Source: Gemmatimonadota bacterium (GTDB taxonomy: Bacteria > Gemmatimonadota > Gemmatimonadetes > Gemmatimonadales > Gemmatimonadaceae). From it: a DNA stretch of 64,000 nt. The notes under the pieces are model-generated. The model did no database searches and was not told where the DNA came from. It saw only the letters and a program-made list of their open reading frames with translations. This document shows, in pieces, positions 19,505-30,770 of the stretch. Positions within the stretch are counted from its first letter, which is position 1, and every line of letters begins with the position of its first letter. The stretch is taken from assembly GCA_040389905.1 (NCBI GenBank), contig JAZJZK010000005.1, positions 128,001-192,000 on the forward strand, read 5' to 3'. A program made the translations under genes and the position numbers.

Positions 19505-19521
19505 AAACCGCGCGCAGTTCT

Positions 19522-19562
19522 GCTCGTTTTGTCGCCCTGAGCGAAGCGAAGGGCCTGCACCT
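19522..19562 (+). repeat. REP-like element, family B
   Basis: GCTCGTTTTGTCGCCCTGAGCGAAGCGAAGGGCCTGCACCT; further copies at 30694, 39218, 39747, 46680 and 56556. Confidence 0.9.
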
Positions 19563-19574
19563 GCGGATTCGTAT

Positions 19575-20831
19575 GTGTCTATGAAAGCAAAACCGAGAAT
19601 CATCATCATCGGCGGCGGTTTTGGGGGGCTCTACGCCGCCCGCGCGTTCAAGCGCGATGACGTCGAGTTGCTCGTGCTCGACCGCACGAATCATCACCTC
19701 TTCCAGCCCTTGCTGTATCAGGTCGCCACTGCGACACTCGCCCCGACGGACATCACCGCACCCATACGGTGGCTGCTTCGGAACCAGCGGAACACCACGG
19801 TCCTCATGACCGAAGTTGACCGTGTCGATCCGGATCGTCGCGTGGTCATCGCCGAAGGCGGCGCGCGTGAGTTCTCTTATGATTTCCTGATCGTCGCCGC
19901 CGGAGCGCGGCACTCCTACTTCAACCACCCCGAGTGGGAGAAGCTCGCTCCAGGGCTCAAGAGCATCGATGACGCGATTCGCCTGCGCCATCGCATCCTC
20001 TCGGCCTTCGAACACGCCGAATTGAGCGACGACGAAGAGGAGCGCCGCGCATGGCTGAACTTCGTCATCATCGGGGGTGGACCGACCGGCGTGGAACTGG
20101 CCGGCATGCTGCCAATCATTGCGAAGCATGCACTTCCCCGCGATTTCCGTCGCGCGAGTGAGATGACCGTTCGTGTCACATTGCTCGAAGGGGGACCGAA
20201 GGTCCTGCCGAGCTATCCTGACGCGCTGGCCGAACACGCTCGGCGCGATCTCGCGGATCTCGGCGTGGAGGTTCGCACAGGCGCGCTGGTGACACACATC
20301 GAGCGCGGCGTCGTCTCGGTGGGCGATGAGCGGCTGCGCGCACACACGGTCATCTGGGCAGCTGGGAATGCCGCGTCGCCGCTTGGACGGTCGCTCGGCG
20401 CCGAGCTGGATCGCGCAGGGCGGGTGCTCGTGGCGCCTGACCTCAGCATTCCAGCGCACCCTGAGATCTTCGCGATCGGCGACATGGTGTCGATCATCTC
20501 ACACGGGAAGCCGGTGCCGGGCGTGGCGCCGGCGGCCATGCAAATGGGTCCGCATGCGGCGCGAAACATTCGTCACACACTTGCGGCGCGGCCGCGTGAG
20601 CCGTTCGTCTACCGGAACAAGGGCGATCTGGCGACGATCGGCAGGCATCGAGCGATCGCGGATTTCGGCAAGCTGCAGGTGACCGGCAGTCTCGCGTGGT
20701 GGTTCTGGTTGTTCCTCCACATCATGTACCTGGCGGGCTTTCGGAACCGCATCAGCGTGCTCGTGGAGTGGGGGTACAGTTACCTGACATTCGAACGTGG
20801 GGCCCGACTGATCACGAGAACCGGGCGCTAA
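19575..20831 (+). CDS. ndh: Type II NADH:quinone oxidoreductase
   Basis: GGGFGG, HLFQPLLYQVAT, GGGPTGVELAG, AIGD, APAAMQMG. Confidence 0.92.
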   Translation: MSMKAKPRIIIIGGGFGGLYAARAFKRDDVELLVLDRTNHHLFQPLLYQVATATLAPTDITAPIRWLLRNQRNTTVLMTEVDRVDPDRRVVIAEGGAREFSYDFLIVAAGARHSYFNHPEWEKLAPGLKSIDDAIRLRHRILSAFEHAELSDDEEERRAWLNFVIIGGGPTGVELAGMLPIIAKHALPRDFRRASEMTVRVTLLEGGPKVLPSYPDALAEHARRDLADLGVEVRTGALVTHIERGVVSVGDERLRAHTVIWAAGNAASPLGRSLGAELDRAGRVLVAPDLSIPAHPEIFAIGDMVSIISHGKPVPGVAPAAMQMGPHAARNIRHTLAARPREPFVYRNKGDLATIGRHRAIADFGKLQVTGSLAWWFWLFLHIMYLAGFRNRISVLVEWGYSYLTFERGARLITRTGR

Positions 20832-21024
20832 CGTACGAGGTATCCGGAACTGGGTACCCTGACTGGCATACTGACCAAGAGGAGCCGTCAGAAAGTGCCT
20901 CGCGGATGACGCCCTTCGCAACGGCGGACGGTGTGTGGCGTCGGGTCGATGACATCCAAAGTGTCGATGGCTCCTCTTGGTGTGGATGCCAGACCGGGTA
21001 CACGATTCCAGATACCTCGTACGT
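20831..21024. ncRNA. 194-nt rod-like hairpin; candidate structured ncRNA (6S-like size) or diverged inverted-repeat element
   Basis: Paired segments ACGTACGAGGTATC/GATACCTCGTACGT, GTACCC/GGGTAC, CTGGCAT/ATGCCAG, ACCAAGAGGAGCCGTC/GATGGCTCCTCTTGGT, GGATG/CATCC. The hairpin is certain; its identity is not. Confidence 0.4.
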
Positions 21025-21091
21025 CGGTGGCCGCGTTCGGGAGAGACAGTCGCATTGACCCCCGCCTCGCGCGACGCGAACTTGCCTACCG

Positions 21092-23047
21092 ATGCTAGTA
21101 ACTGCACTCGACAGCGCGCGCGGCGATTCAGGCGCCGAACTGGCCCGCCTCGACGCCCTTCTCGAGGCGGTGCCGCTTGCCGTCGCCCTGTTCGATGGGA
21201 CGCTGGCGCTGGTGGCTACCAATGCGCGCTACCGCGACCTCACGGGCCTCGACATTGCGCAGGCATCAGGGCGCTCCATCTACGACGCCTTTCCGAACGC
21301 CCTCGCCGACCTCACGGAGCAGGTTGACATCGCCGCCGGGGGGGTGCCTGTCGTCTCGGTTCGCGTTCCCTTTCAGCACAGGACAGGGCGACGACTTGTC
21401 GAAGCGACCTTTGTCCCGCTCAGCGACGCCAGTGGTGGACGTGGTGTGTTGTTCGCCGGCAGCGACATCACCGAGCGCGAAGAACTGCGAGAAGATCTCG
21501 CACGCAGCGTGGCACAGCTCGAATCGATCTTCGACGTGCTTCCCGACTCGGTGCGCGTCGTGGATTCCGATGGTAGCACCGTGCGCACCAACGCTCAGGC
21601 GCAGCTGGAACACGCCCCTGCGAAGCCGGAAACCCTCCGCGAACTCTGGCAGCTGGACCGTCCTCGCACCCTCCAGGGCACCACCCTGTTCGTCCATGAG
21701 CACCCCACCGCGCGCGCGCTGCGTGGAGAGCGCGTACGTGGGGAGACGCTCGAAGTGCGGCGCGGACCTGGCGGGGTTCCGGCTGTTATCGAGGTCAACT
21801 CGAACCCGCTCTACGATCCCCATCGGAGAATCCGCGGCGCAGTCACCGTCGAACGCGACGTCACGGAGCGGACTCGGCTGCAGCAGCGCGTGCAGACGGA
21901 AGCGGAACGTCTCGAGCGCATGGTCCAGGAGCGTACGCGCGAACTCCTCGCCCTTCAGGAAGCCGCGGCGCGTGACCGGCGTCTGGCGGCCGTCGGCCAA
22001 CTGGCCGCCGGCGTCATGCACGACGTCAACAATGCCCTCAATCCCATCATGGCGGCCGCGTATCTCCTCGAGATGAATGCGGAGAACCCCGCGGCGGTGC
22101 GTGATTATGCGGTGCGCATTTCACGCGCGGCAGAAACGGGTGCGGCCACCGCTGCGCGCGTCGGTCGATTCATCAGGCAGGAACCGCTGCTCGGGTCACG
22201 CGAGGAGTCCGTCGATCTTTCCGTGATGGTCGACGAGGTGGTGGCGATGACGCGGCCCCTCTGGCAGGAGCGCGCGAAAGGCGGAATCGTCAAGCTCGAG
22301 GAAACACTGGCGCCCAAAGCAATGATCCGCGGAATCGCCGGCGAGTTGCGTGAGGCCCTGCTCAACCTGGTCCAGAACGCACTCGACGCGATGGCTGGGG
22401 GCGGCACGCTGCGGATCCGTACGACGGCAGACCAGAACGAGGTCACCGTGGCCGTCACGGACACTGGCGTGGGAATGTCGGCGGAGGTGCGCGAGCGGGC
22501 GTTCGAACCGTTCTTCACGACGAAAGGCGTCAACGGTACCGGACTCGGCCTCGCCGAGGTGTACGGTATCGCGCGCCGCCATCGAGGCCGCGCCGAAATC
22601 GAGTCGGCACCGGGGGAGGGCACAACCGTACGGTTGCTCTTTCCGCCCGGCTCCGTGGAAGTTGCGCGCACCTCCGACGCCACGAAGCGCGTGCGCCTGC
22701 CCAAGACTATTCTCCTCGTCGAGGATCACGTCGACAGCCGAGAGTTCATGCAAGCATTATTGGAGAGTGATGGACATCGGGTCGAGGCGGTGCGCAATGT
22801 CGAAGAGGCGCGAGAACGCCTCCAGGATGATAGCTTTGCACTTGACGTGTTGGTCACGGACATCGGGCTGCCGGATGGCAGCGGTTGGGATCTCGTCGCG
22901 TTCGCGCGTGAGCGTAGACCAAAGCTGCGGATCGGAGTGGTGACCGGCTGGGAACCGCGCAACGAGCAGGACCCGGCGTGCGATTTCACCCTGCGGAAGC
23001 CGGTTGGCGCGGCCGATTTACTGTCAGAGATTGCGGGACCCGAGTGA
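21092..23047 (+). CDS. Hybrid PAS-PAS histidine kinase with C-terminal receiver
   Basis: AAGVMHDVNN, NALDAM, FEPFFTTK, GTGLGL, VTDIGLPDGSG. Confidence 0.92.
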   Translation: MLVTALDSARGDSGAELARLDALLEAVPLAVALFDGTLALVATNARYRDLTGLDIAQASGRSIYDAFPNALADLTEQVDIAAGGVPVVSVRVPFQHRTGRRLVEATFVPLSDASGGRGVLFAGSDITEREELREDLARSVAQLESIFDVLPDSVRVVDSDGSTVRTNAQAQLEHAPAKPETLRELWQLDRPRTLQGTTLFVHEHPTARALRGERVRGETLEVRRGPGGVPAVIEVNSNPLYDPHRRIRGAVTVERDVTERTRLQQRVQTEAERLERMVQERTRELLALQEAAARDRRLAAVGQLAAGVMHDVNNALNPIMAAAYLLEMNAENPAAVRDYAVRISRAAETGAATAARVGRFIRQEPLLGSREESVDLSVMVDEVVAMTRPLWQERAKGGIVKLEETLAPKAMIRGIAGELREALLNLVQNALDAMAGGGTLRIRTTADQNEVTVAVTDTGVGMSAEVRERAFEPFFTTKGVNGTGLGLAEVYGIARRHRGRAEIESAPGEGTTVRLLFPPGSVEVARTSDATKRVRLPKTILLVEDHVDSREFMQALLESDGHRVEAVRNVEEARERLQDDSFALDVLVTDIGLPDGSGWDLVAFARERRPKLRIGVVTGWEPRNEQDPACDFTLRKPVGAADLLSEIAGPE

Positions 23048-23095
23048 CATCATCCAAATTCCAGCAGGACCGCTCACACACCCTAGTGAATCGCA

Positions 23096-23707
23096 ATGCC
23101 TGAATCGGGTTCCATCCGTATTTTGATCGCTGAAGACGACGACAACGCGCGCGCGTTGCTCGTCGAGCTGCTCAATACCATGGGTCATGTGGTCGTGGCC
23201 GAGGTGAATGGCGGACGCGAGGCGATCGAGCGCGCCAAAGATGTCGTGCCGGACGTCGTGCTGCTGGATGTCCACATGCCAGATGGTTCCGGCATCGAGG
23301 CGGCCGAACAGATCGCTGCACAAGTCCCTGGCGTTGCCGTCGTGCTATTCAGCGGCGATGAATCGCTCGTTTTGTCCGAACGCGAAGTTGCGGCCACGTC
23401 GGCCATCGCCTTCCTTCCGAAGCCCACGCCGCCCCGCGTGCTGGACTCGACGCTACGGCTCGCGGTGTCTCGGGCGCGCGAGTTCGCGGTGGCCAAGAAA
23501 GACGCCATGGCGGCGCGCGGCGCGCTGGAAAACCGGAAGACGATCGAGCGCGCGAAGGGCATCCTCATGCGGCGCACCGGCTCGTCCGAGCAGGAAGCAT
23601 ATCGCATCCTTCAGCGGACGTCGCAGGATCGCTCCGTTCCTATGGTTGAGATCGCCAAAGCGGTGCTAGCGAGTGAGCCGGGATTCCAGGAGAATCAGAA
23701 GGAGTAG
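23096..23707 (+). CDS. ANTAR-domain response regulator (AmiR/NasT/PdtaR type)
   Basis: Receiver IAEDD...LLDVHMP; ANTAR motif LENRKTIERAKGILM...EQEAYRILQRTS. Confidence 0.93.
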   Translation: MPESGSIRILIAEDDDNARALLVELLNTMGHVVVAEVNGGREAIERAKDVVPDVVLLDVHMPDGSGIEAAEQIAAQVPGVAVVLFSGDESLVLSEREVAATSAIAFLPKPTPPRVLDSTLRLAVSRAREFAVAKKDAMAARGALENRKTIERAKGILMRRTGSSEQEAYRILQRTSQDRSVPMVEIAKAVLASEPGFQENQKE

Positions 23708-23751
23708 TCGCGCGAAGTTGGTCGAACCCGAAGTCATGCTCATATAAACAG

Positions 23752-24003
23752 ATGACGCTGCCGATGCTATCGTTCGGTAGCGTCATTCTGTTTTACCAGG
23801 CCGTCCGTAGCGCGAATTTCTCGAGCATCGCGACAGACGAAAAAGGCGTCATCCAGATCTTCAACGTCGGCGCCGAGCGAATGTTCGGTTATACCGCCGC
23901 AGAGGTGATGAACAAGGTCACGCCGGGAAAGCCGACTTCGATCACGAGCGGTTCACGGTCGAGATCAGGCGGGCAATGTCAGGGCGGCACTCGGGCTACG
24001 TGA
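23752..24003 (+). pseudogene. Truncated PAS-domain remnant of a sensor kinase
   Basis: ANFSSIATDEKGVIQIFNVGAERMFGYTAAEV is a PAS N-terminal half; flanking translation is not domain-like. Confidence 0.6.
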
Positions 24004-24100
24004 GATGGCAGGAATCGTGAGCGTCGTCTACGCGGCGACGAGGAAGTGGTGACGAGAATCTCGTAAGCACGGCGCCGAAAAGGGAGTCACACTTGGCGGA

Positions 24101-24538
24101 TCAATGAACAAACCGCGCGAGACGCTCAGAGGCGCGCAGCACGACGAGTGTGCCTCCAGTAATCTCGTAATGATCCGTCGACCCGAGTGCCGAAAGGAAG
24201 GCCTGTTCCTGACGGTTCAGGGCATCGTCGGCACACGCCATTCTCGTGGACATCATGGGGCCGAAGCGGAGCGACAGTCCCTCACGCGTAAACGATCCGC
24301 CGAACCGGTTGCACCCCGCATTGCCGTTGACATGACTGCTATCAACACTGAAGCGTATCCATGGCCGGCGTGCGGGATCCGCTGGCACCGCCGGCACACC
24401 GCCAACCTCCACGAGTCGCCAGTCGCGTGTGCCGAGCTCGGTGGAGGAAGCGCCTGATCCGGCGGATGCGCAGCCGGCTACGGTTGCCGCGACAACGAGC
24501 GCAGCGAACGCCAGGGTACGGATCTCTAAGATTGCCAC
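24101..24538 (-). CDS. META domain (HslJ-like) lipoprotein
   Basis: Lipobox VAGC; WRLVEV, GNAGCNRF, STRMAC motifs; GTG start inferred. Confidence 0.85.
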   Translation of the reverse strand: MAILEIRTLAFAALVVAATVAGCASAGSGASSTELGTRDWRLVEVGGVPAVPADPARRPWIRFSVDSSHVNGNAGCNRFGGSFTREGLSLRFGPMMSTRMACADDALNRQEQAFLSALGSTDHYEITGGTLVVLRASERLARFVH

Positions 24539-24662
24539 GGATCGTCCAACTCTCCGCGGACGAGGATCGCGCACAAACTCTTTGAACGCAGACTCTTCGG
24601 TGTTCAATCCGGCTGTTTCCGTTGCATCCGGAAAATCCGCTCCGAGCAAGTCATCGACGCTG

Positions 24663-25952
24663 TTACGCGGCAGCAATCTTTGGCTGCACATACGACTGCA
24701 TGTCGCGCCCGAGATAAATCGTGAAGAGCACCAGGCTCGCCGCGAGGAGGAAGGGCAGGGGAAGTGACACATCGAACAACATCCCGAACACGATCGGGAA
24801 GATCACTCGGGCAATGCCGCCGAACGTCTGCTGCACGCCCATGTACATCCCGCGCTCCGTGCTGGGAATCACGCGTGAGAGCAACGCGGTCACGCACGGA
24901 AACGTGAAGGCAGTGCCAAGCGGGAGCAGCGCGACGGCAAGTGCGAGGGGAAGATACGGCAGGAACGCCACGACACTCGCTGGCAACACGCCGCCGAGCA
25001 TCGTCGCGACCGCCGCGGGATTCGCAATCGGTTTCGTGAACGCCATCGCCGTCAGCCCGCTCGCGATCAGCGTCAGCCCGAAGCGCGAGAGTTTGACCTC
25101 GCCGTACTTATCGACCATGCGGCCAAGAATCAGCGCGCGGGTCAACACGCTGATGACGCCAGTGTACGTAAAGAAGAATCCGATCGTGTTTTCCGTCACG
25201 GCGAATCGGACGGCGAGGTACAGCGCGAGCATCGACGTCATCCCCTGAAACGCACCCAGCGCGATCGCGTAAATCCAGATGAGCCGAGACGCGGGTTCTG
25301 TCGAGTGCGTCACGACCTTCAGCACGGCGTCTCGCGAGCGAGAGCGCGTGCCCGTCGCGGCCTTGGACGCCGCGGCCTCGGTCATGTCACGCGACTCATC
25401 GAGGAAGCGCCACGCAAAGCCCATGTTCGCCACGCACAGTGCCGCGGCGAAGAGTCCGGGTCCCTGCACGCCCAGCGAGTGCGTCATCGATCCAAGCACC
25501 GGTCCGATGGCGACGCCGGCATTGGTCGCCGCCGAGAGCCAACCCAGCGCCTTCGCGCGTTCGTCAGGTTGCGTCGAATCGGCGACGTAGGCCTGAATGA
25601 CACTGACCGTCCCGCCCCCTGCGCCCTGCACGATACGGCACAGGAAGAGGAAGAAGAGCGGATGCGGCAACCGGAGCGCGTATCCAAAAATGACATACGC
25701 AATCGCGGACGCCGTCAGGCCGACGAGCAAGGCGGGACGTCGGCCGTAGTGATCGGACAACCGGCCCCACATGGGCGCGGTCACCAACTGTGCAACGGCG
25801 AATGAGCTGATGAGCAGTCCGACGACCAATCCGCCCTGCCCAAGCGACTTCGCGTAAAAAGGAAGGAGGGGCACCACCATCAGGAGCCCCACCATATCGA
25901 CGAATGCCGTGATCATGAGGATCCACAGCTTGTTGCGGCTGGCGGATCTCAT
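24663..25952 (-). CDS. MFS transporter (DHA1/TetA-like)
   Basis: Motif A GRLSDHYGRRP; many TM helices. Confidence 0.9.
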   Translation of the reverse strand: MRSASRNKLWILMITAFVDMVGLLMVVPLLPFYAKSLGQGGLVVGLLISSFAVAQLVTAPMWGRLSDHYGRRPALLVGLTASAIAYVIFGYALRLPHPLFFLFLCRIVQGAGGGTVSVIQAYVADSTQPDERAKALGWLSAATNAGVAIGPVLGSMTHSLGVQGPGLFAAALCVANMGFAWRFLDESRDMTEAAASKAATGTRSRSRDAVLKVVTHSTEPASRLIWIYAIALGAFQGMTSMLALYLAVRFAVTENTIGFFFTYTGVISVLTRALILGRMVDKYGEVKLSRFGLTLIASGLTAMAFTKPIANPAAVATMLGGVLPASVVAFLPYLPLALAVALLPLGTAFTFPCVTALLSRVIPSTERGMYMGVQQTFGGIARVIFPIVFGMLFDVSLPLPFLLAASLVLFTIYLGRDMQSYVQPKIAAA

Positions 25953-25971
25953 CGTGGGTCTCTACACAAGG

Positions 25972-26879
25972 TCATTCCGCTGACGTCTTGCCCAATGCAG
26001 CCGGCGGCACGGCTCGGCCTACGACACCGGCGAGGGCGATGATAGTGAGCACATACGGGATCATCTCAATGAACTGACTGGGAATCGCATGCGTTCCCTG
26101 CAACTGGATCTGGAGGGTCTCCGCGGCGGCGAAGAGCAGACACGCGAGCCCGGCGCGCAATGGATCCCATCGGCCGAAAATGGTGGCGGCGAGTGCGATG
26201 AAGCCGCGACCGGCCGTCATTCCATCGGTGAACTGATGCTGGTCGAGCGCGAGGTAGGCACCGGCGAGTCCCGCAATCATGCCGCTGAGCGCCACCGCGA
26301 GATATCGCACGCGCGCCACCGGCACACCAACCGATGCCGCGGCCGCGGGATGCTCCCCGACCGCGCGCACGCGCAACCCAAAGGGCGTCCGGTACAGCAG
26401 CCACCCCACGCTCGGAACCATCACGACACCAATCCACACCAGCGGGTCATGAACAAGCGCCCCGAAGCCCGTGCCGGCACCTTTCGCATCGAAGCCGGGA
26501 ACGCGCGGTGAATTCGAGGAGCTGTCGAAGAACAGACGAAGGAAGAACCGCGTGAGTCCAACGGCAAGGAGATTGATCGCGATGCCGACCACGACCTGAT
26601 CCGCACGAAAGCGAATCGCACTGGTTGCGTACAGCATGGACAAGAGGGCCCCACCAACGACAGCAGCCAGCACGCCAATCCACGGCGCGAGCCCGGCTTG
26701 ATCCGGCATTCCACTGGCCACGGCGAAGCTCGTGGCCGCCGCGCAGAACGCGCCGCCGAGCATGTATCCCTCGAGCGTGAGGCCGATCAGGCCAGCGCGC
26801 TCACTGAGAACGCCTGCGGAGGCCGCGAGCAGATATGGAATCGCGATGCGCAGCGTCTGCGCGAGAAAATCGAGCGCGT

Positions 26880-26883
<4 letters not shown>
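25972..26883 (-). CDS. Nucleoside/simple-sugar ABC transporter permease (NupC/YufQ-like)
   Basis: SERAG, RTPFGLRVRAVGEHP, GRGFIALAA, PYVLT. Confidence 0.9.
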
Positions 26884-27934
<1,051 letters not shown>

Positions 27935-27938
<4 letters not shown>

Positions 27939-29470
27939 GCGGCGTGCTCCGCACCCGTCATGTACGGTCCCAGCGTGTCAGGCGACGCATCCGCGCGAGG
28001 CATGACCGTCACGAAGCGGCCACCGTACATCACCGCGACGCGATCGGCGAGCGCCAGGACCTCGGATAGGTCTGCAGACACCAGGAGAATCGCCTTCCCC
28101 TGCTCACGCGCCTCGCGCAGCCTGGCGTGAATGAATTCGATGGCACCGACGTCTACACCACGCGTGGGCTGGGATGCGAGCAGCACCTTGAAGTCGCGCC
28201 CCATCTCGCGGGCCACGACGATCTTCTGCTGGTTTCCTCCCGAGAGGGCCCGTGCCGCAAGCGATGCATCGGCCGGCCGGATGTCGTAGCGCTCGATCAA
28301 CTGGAGCGCATGCGACATGATCGCCTTCCGGTCGAGTGTCAGGCCTCGCGTGAACCGGTGCTGCTGCCCGAGAATCAGATTGTCCGCGATGCTGTAATCC
28401 AGCACGAGCCCGCGTTCGTGACGATCCTCGGGAATGTGCGACAAGCCGGCATCGCCGCGCTGACGGACGGAAAAGCCAGCGACACTGCTTCCCATCAGGG
28501 TAATCGCGCCGGTCGAAGCGCGGAGACCGGCCAGCGCTTCGATCAACTCGGTCTGGCCATTTCCCTCGACGCCGGCAATACCGAGAATCTCTCCCGGCGC
28601 GACACTGAAGGTGACGCCCCGGACGACCGGCGTGCGCCGCGAGCCGGTCACGGTGAGATCGCGTACGTCGAGCAACGGCGGTCCGGCGGCGGCACTCGTC
28701 GCGGTGGTGCCGGCGTAGTCGGCATCGAGCGCGAGCGCGACGTCACGACCAACCATCGCGCGCGCGATGGTCTGCGGTGTCGCTCCGGCGCTCGCCATGC
28801 GCGCGACGGTCGCGCCCTGGCGCATCACGGTAATCGAATCGGACACCTCGATCACTTCATCGAGCTTGTGCGTGATGAGCACCACCGTACCGCCATCGGC
28901 CTTGAGCGAACGCAGCACCGCCCAGAGTTCTCGCACTTCCGGGGGCGAGAGGACCGCGGTGGGCTCATCGAGAATGAGTATCTTCGCGCCGCGGTACAGC
29001 GTCTTCAGGATTTCGACCCGCTGTGCTTCTCCGACGGAGAGCTCCGACACCAGGCGGTCGGGTGGCACGGCCAATCCCGTGCGTGCAGAGAGGTCGCGTA
29101 CCGCTTGCTCCGCGGCCGCGCGGTCGAGGACCGGCCCCCTCGTGATCTCGGAGCCGAGGACGACGTTCTCCGCCACCGTGAGCGTTGGAACGAGCATGAA
29201 GTGCTGGTGCACCATGCCGACGCCCGCGCCGATCGCATCATTGGTCGACCATCCGGTCACGTCGCGACCGCTGACTTCCATCGTGCCGGCATTGGGCGCG
29301 TACAGCCCGGCGAGGATGCGCATCAGTGTCGACTTGCCCGCACCGTTCTCGCCAACGAGCGCGTGGATCTCGCCCTGGGCGACCTCGAGTTCGGCACCGC
29401 GATTGGCGTGGACCGGGCCGAAATACTTGTCGATTCCCGTCAGGCGGATTGCGACATTACTCACGTGCAC
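27935..29470 (-). CDS. ABC transporter ATP-binding protein with two ATPase domains (NupA/YufO-like)
   Basis: GENGAGKST, HQHFMLV, LDEPTAVL, GVEGNGQ, LSGGNQQK. Confidence 0.93.
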
Positions 29471-29483
29471 GCTCCTGCATGAT

Positions 29484-29564
29484 TGTCATCCCGAGCGAAG
29501 TCGAGGGATCTGCACATCCTGCAGGTGGTGAGGTGCAGACCCCTCGACTTCGCTCGGGGTGACA
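29484..29564. repeat. Palindromic REP/REPIN-like element, family A
   Basis: TGTCATCCCGAGCGAAGTCGAGGGATCTGCAC...GTGCAGACCCCTCGACTTCGCTCGGGGTGACA. Confidence 0.9.
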
Positions 29565-29600
29565 TCCATGGCTTCCTGCTCGCTCCCAATTGGATGCCGT

Positions 29601-30638
29601 TCATTTGCTGCTGGGAACCTTGATTCGCCCGGCGATGATATCCTGCTTGAGGGCCTCGAGCCGCGCTCTCACGTCGGCTGGAATGAGCTTTTCATTGTTT
29701 GCGTCGAACACATATCCGACTCCGTCTTCGGCGAGACCATATTCGTAGACCCCGCCAGCGAACTTGGCGTCTTTCACACGGCGAACTGCGTCGAAAACGG
29801 CGTTGTCCACCCGCTTGACCATGCTGGTGAGCACGTACCCCGGCGCTTCCTTGTATTGGTCGGCATCCACGCCAATGGCCAGTTTGCCGGTTTGGCGCGC
29901 GGCCTCGAACACGCCCAGGCCCGTCGAGCCGGACGCGTGGAAAATGACGTTGACGCCCTGCTGGTACTGGCTGAGCGCGAGCTCCTTGCCCTTGCCCGGA
30001 TTGCGGAACGCTTCGGGCGTGACGCCGGCGTACTGCGAGAGCACCTCACAATCGCGGCACACCTGCTTGACCCCGGCCGTGTACCCGACCTCGAACTTGT
30101 GAATGAGCGGGAAGTTCATGCCGCCGACGAATCCAATCTTCTTCGATTTGCCGATCAGGGCGGCCATGGCGCCCACGAGAAACGACCCCTGCTCCTCTCG
30201 AAACTTGAGCGCCGCGAGATTGGGTGGCGGCGGAATGACCTTTCCGTCCTTGTCGGTGGAGAGGGAGTAATCCACTCCCGCGAACTTGGTGTTGGGGTAT
30301 TCCTTGGCGAGCTGCGTCAGGTCATCGGTAAAGATGAAGCCCACACCGACGACGAGGTCCATTCCCTCCGCGGCAAGCAGGCGAAGTCCCGCTTCGCGAT
30401 CGGAGCCCTCTCCGGGCTCGATGAAGCGTACCCGAACACCAAGCTCCTTCTCCGCCCGCTCCGCACCGAGGTACGCGCCGTCGTTGAAGGACTTGTCACC
30501 TCGCCCACCCATGTCGAAGACGATGCCGACGTCGACCGCTTCGCCAGTCGGCGGAACGGCGGCGCCCGAGGGATGGACAAACAAAAGAGTCACGTGAACG
30601 AGCAATAGCACGCCCACGAAGATCAGCAGCTTCCGCAT
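29601..30638 (-). CDS. BMP family ABC substrate-binding protein (PnrA/TmpC-like)
   Basis: GGRGDKSFN, FREEQGSFLVG, GVDADQ, SMVKRVD. Confidence 0.92.
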   Translation of the reverse strand: MRKLLIFVGVLLLVHVTLLFVHPSGAAVPPTGEAVDVGIVFDMGGRGDKSFNDGAYLGAERAEKELGVRVRFIEPGEGSDREAGLRLLAAEGMDLVVGVGFIFTDDLTQLAKEYPNTKFAGVDYSLSTDKDGKVIPPPPNLAALKFREEQGSFLVGAMAALIGKSKKIGFVGGMNFPLIHKFEVGYTAGVKQVCRDCEVLSQYAGVTPEAFRNPGKGKELALSQYQQGVNVIFHASGSTGLGVFEAARQTGKLAIGVDADQYKEAPGYVLTSMVKRVDNAVFDAVRRVKDAKFAGGVYEYGLAEDGVGYVFDANNEKLIPADVRARLEALKQDIIAGRIKVPSSK

Positions 30639-30693
30639 GTGCGGGAAAAGTCGTGCGCGGAACGGACGGGGGCAAGCATAGGGACGTTCCGCG

Positions 30694-30732
30694 CGTTTTG
30701 TCGCCCTGAATTGAAATGAAGGGCCCGCACCT
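30694..30732 (+). repeat. REP-like element, family B (diverged loop)
   Basis: CGTTTTGTCGCCCTGAATTGAAATGAAGGGCCCGCACCT. Confidence 0.8.
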
Positions 30733-30770
30733 AGCGTCGTTGCGTCGTTCCTTCACCCTATATTCCCAGC

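Noticed and set aside
20885..20970. Canonical ANTAR dual-hairpin target
   Set aside because: AxxGxx hexamers are present but their closing stems pair poorly
24663..25952. Tetracycline resistance gene tetA
   Set aside because: Generic DHA1-type MFS with no tetR nearby; substrate cannot be inferred
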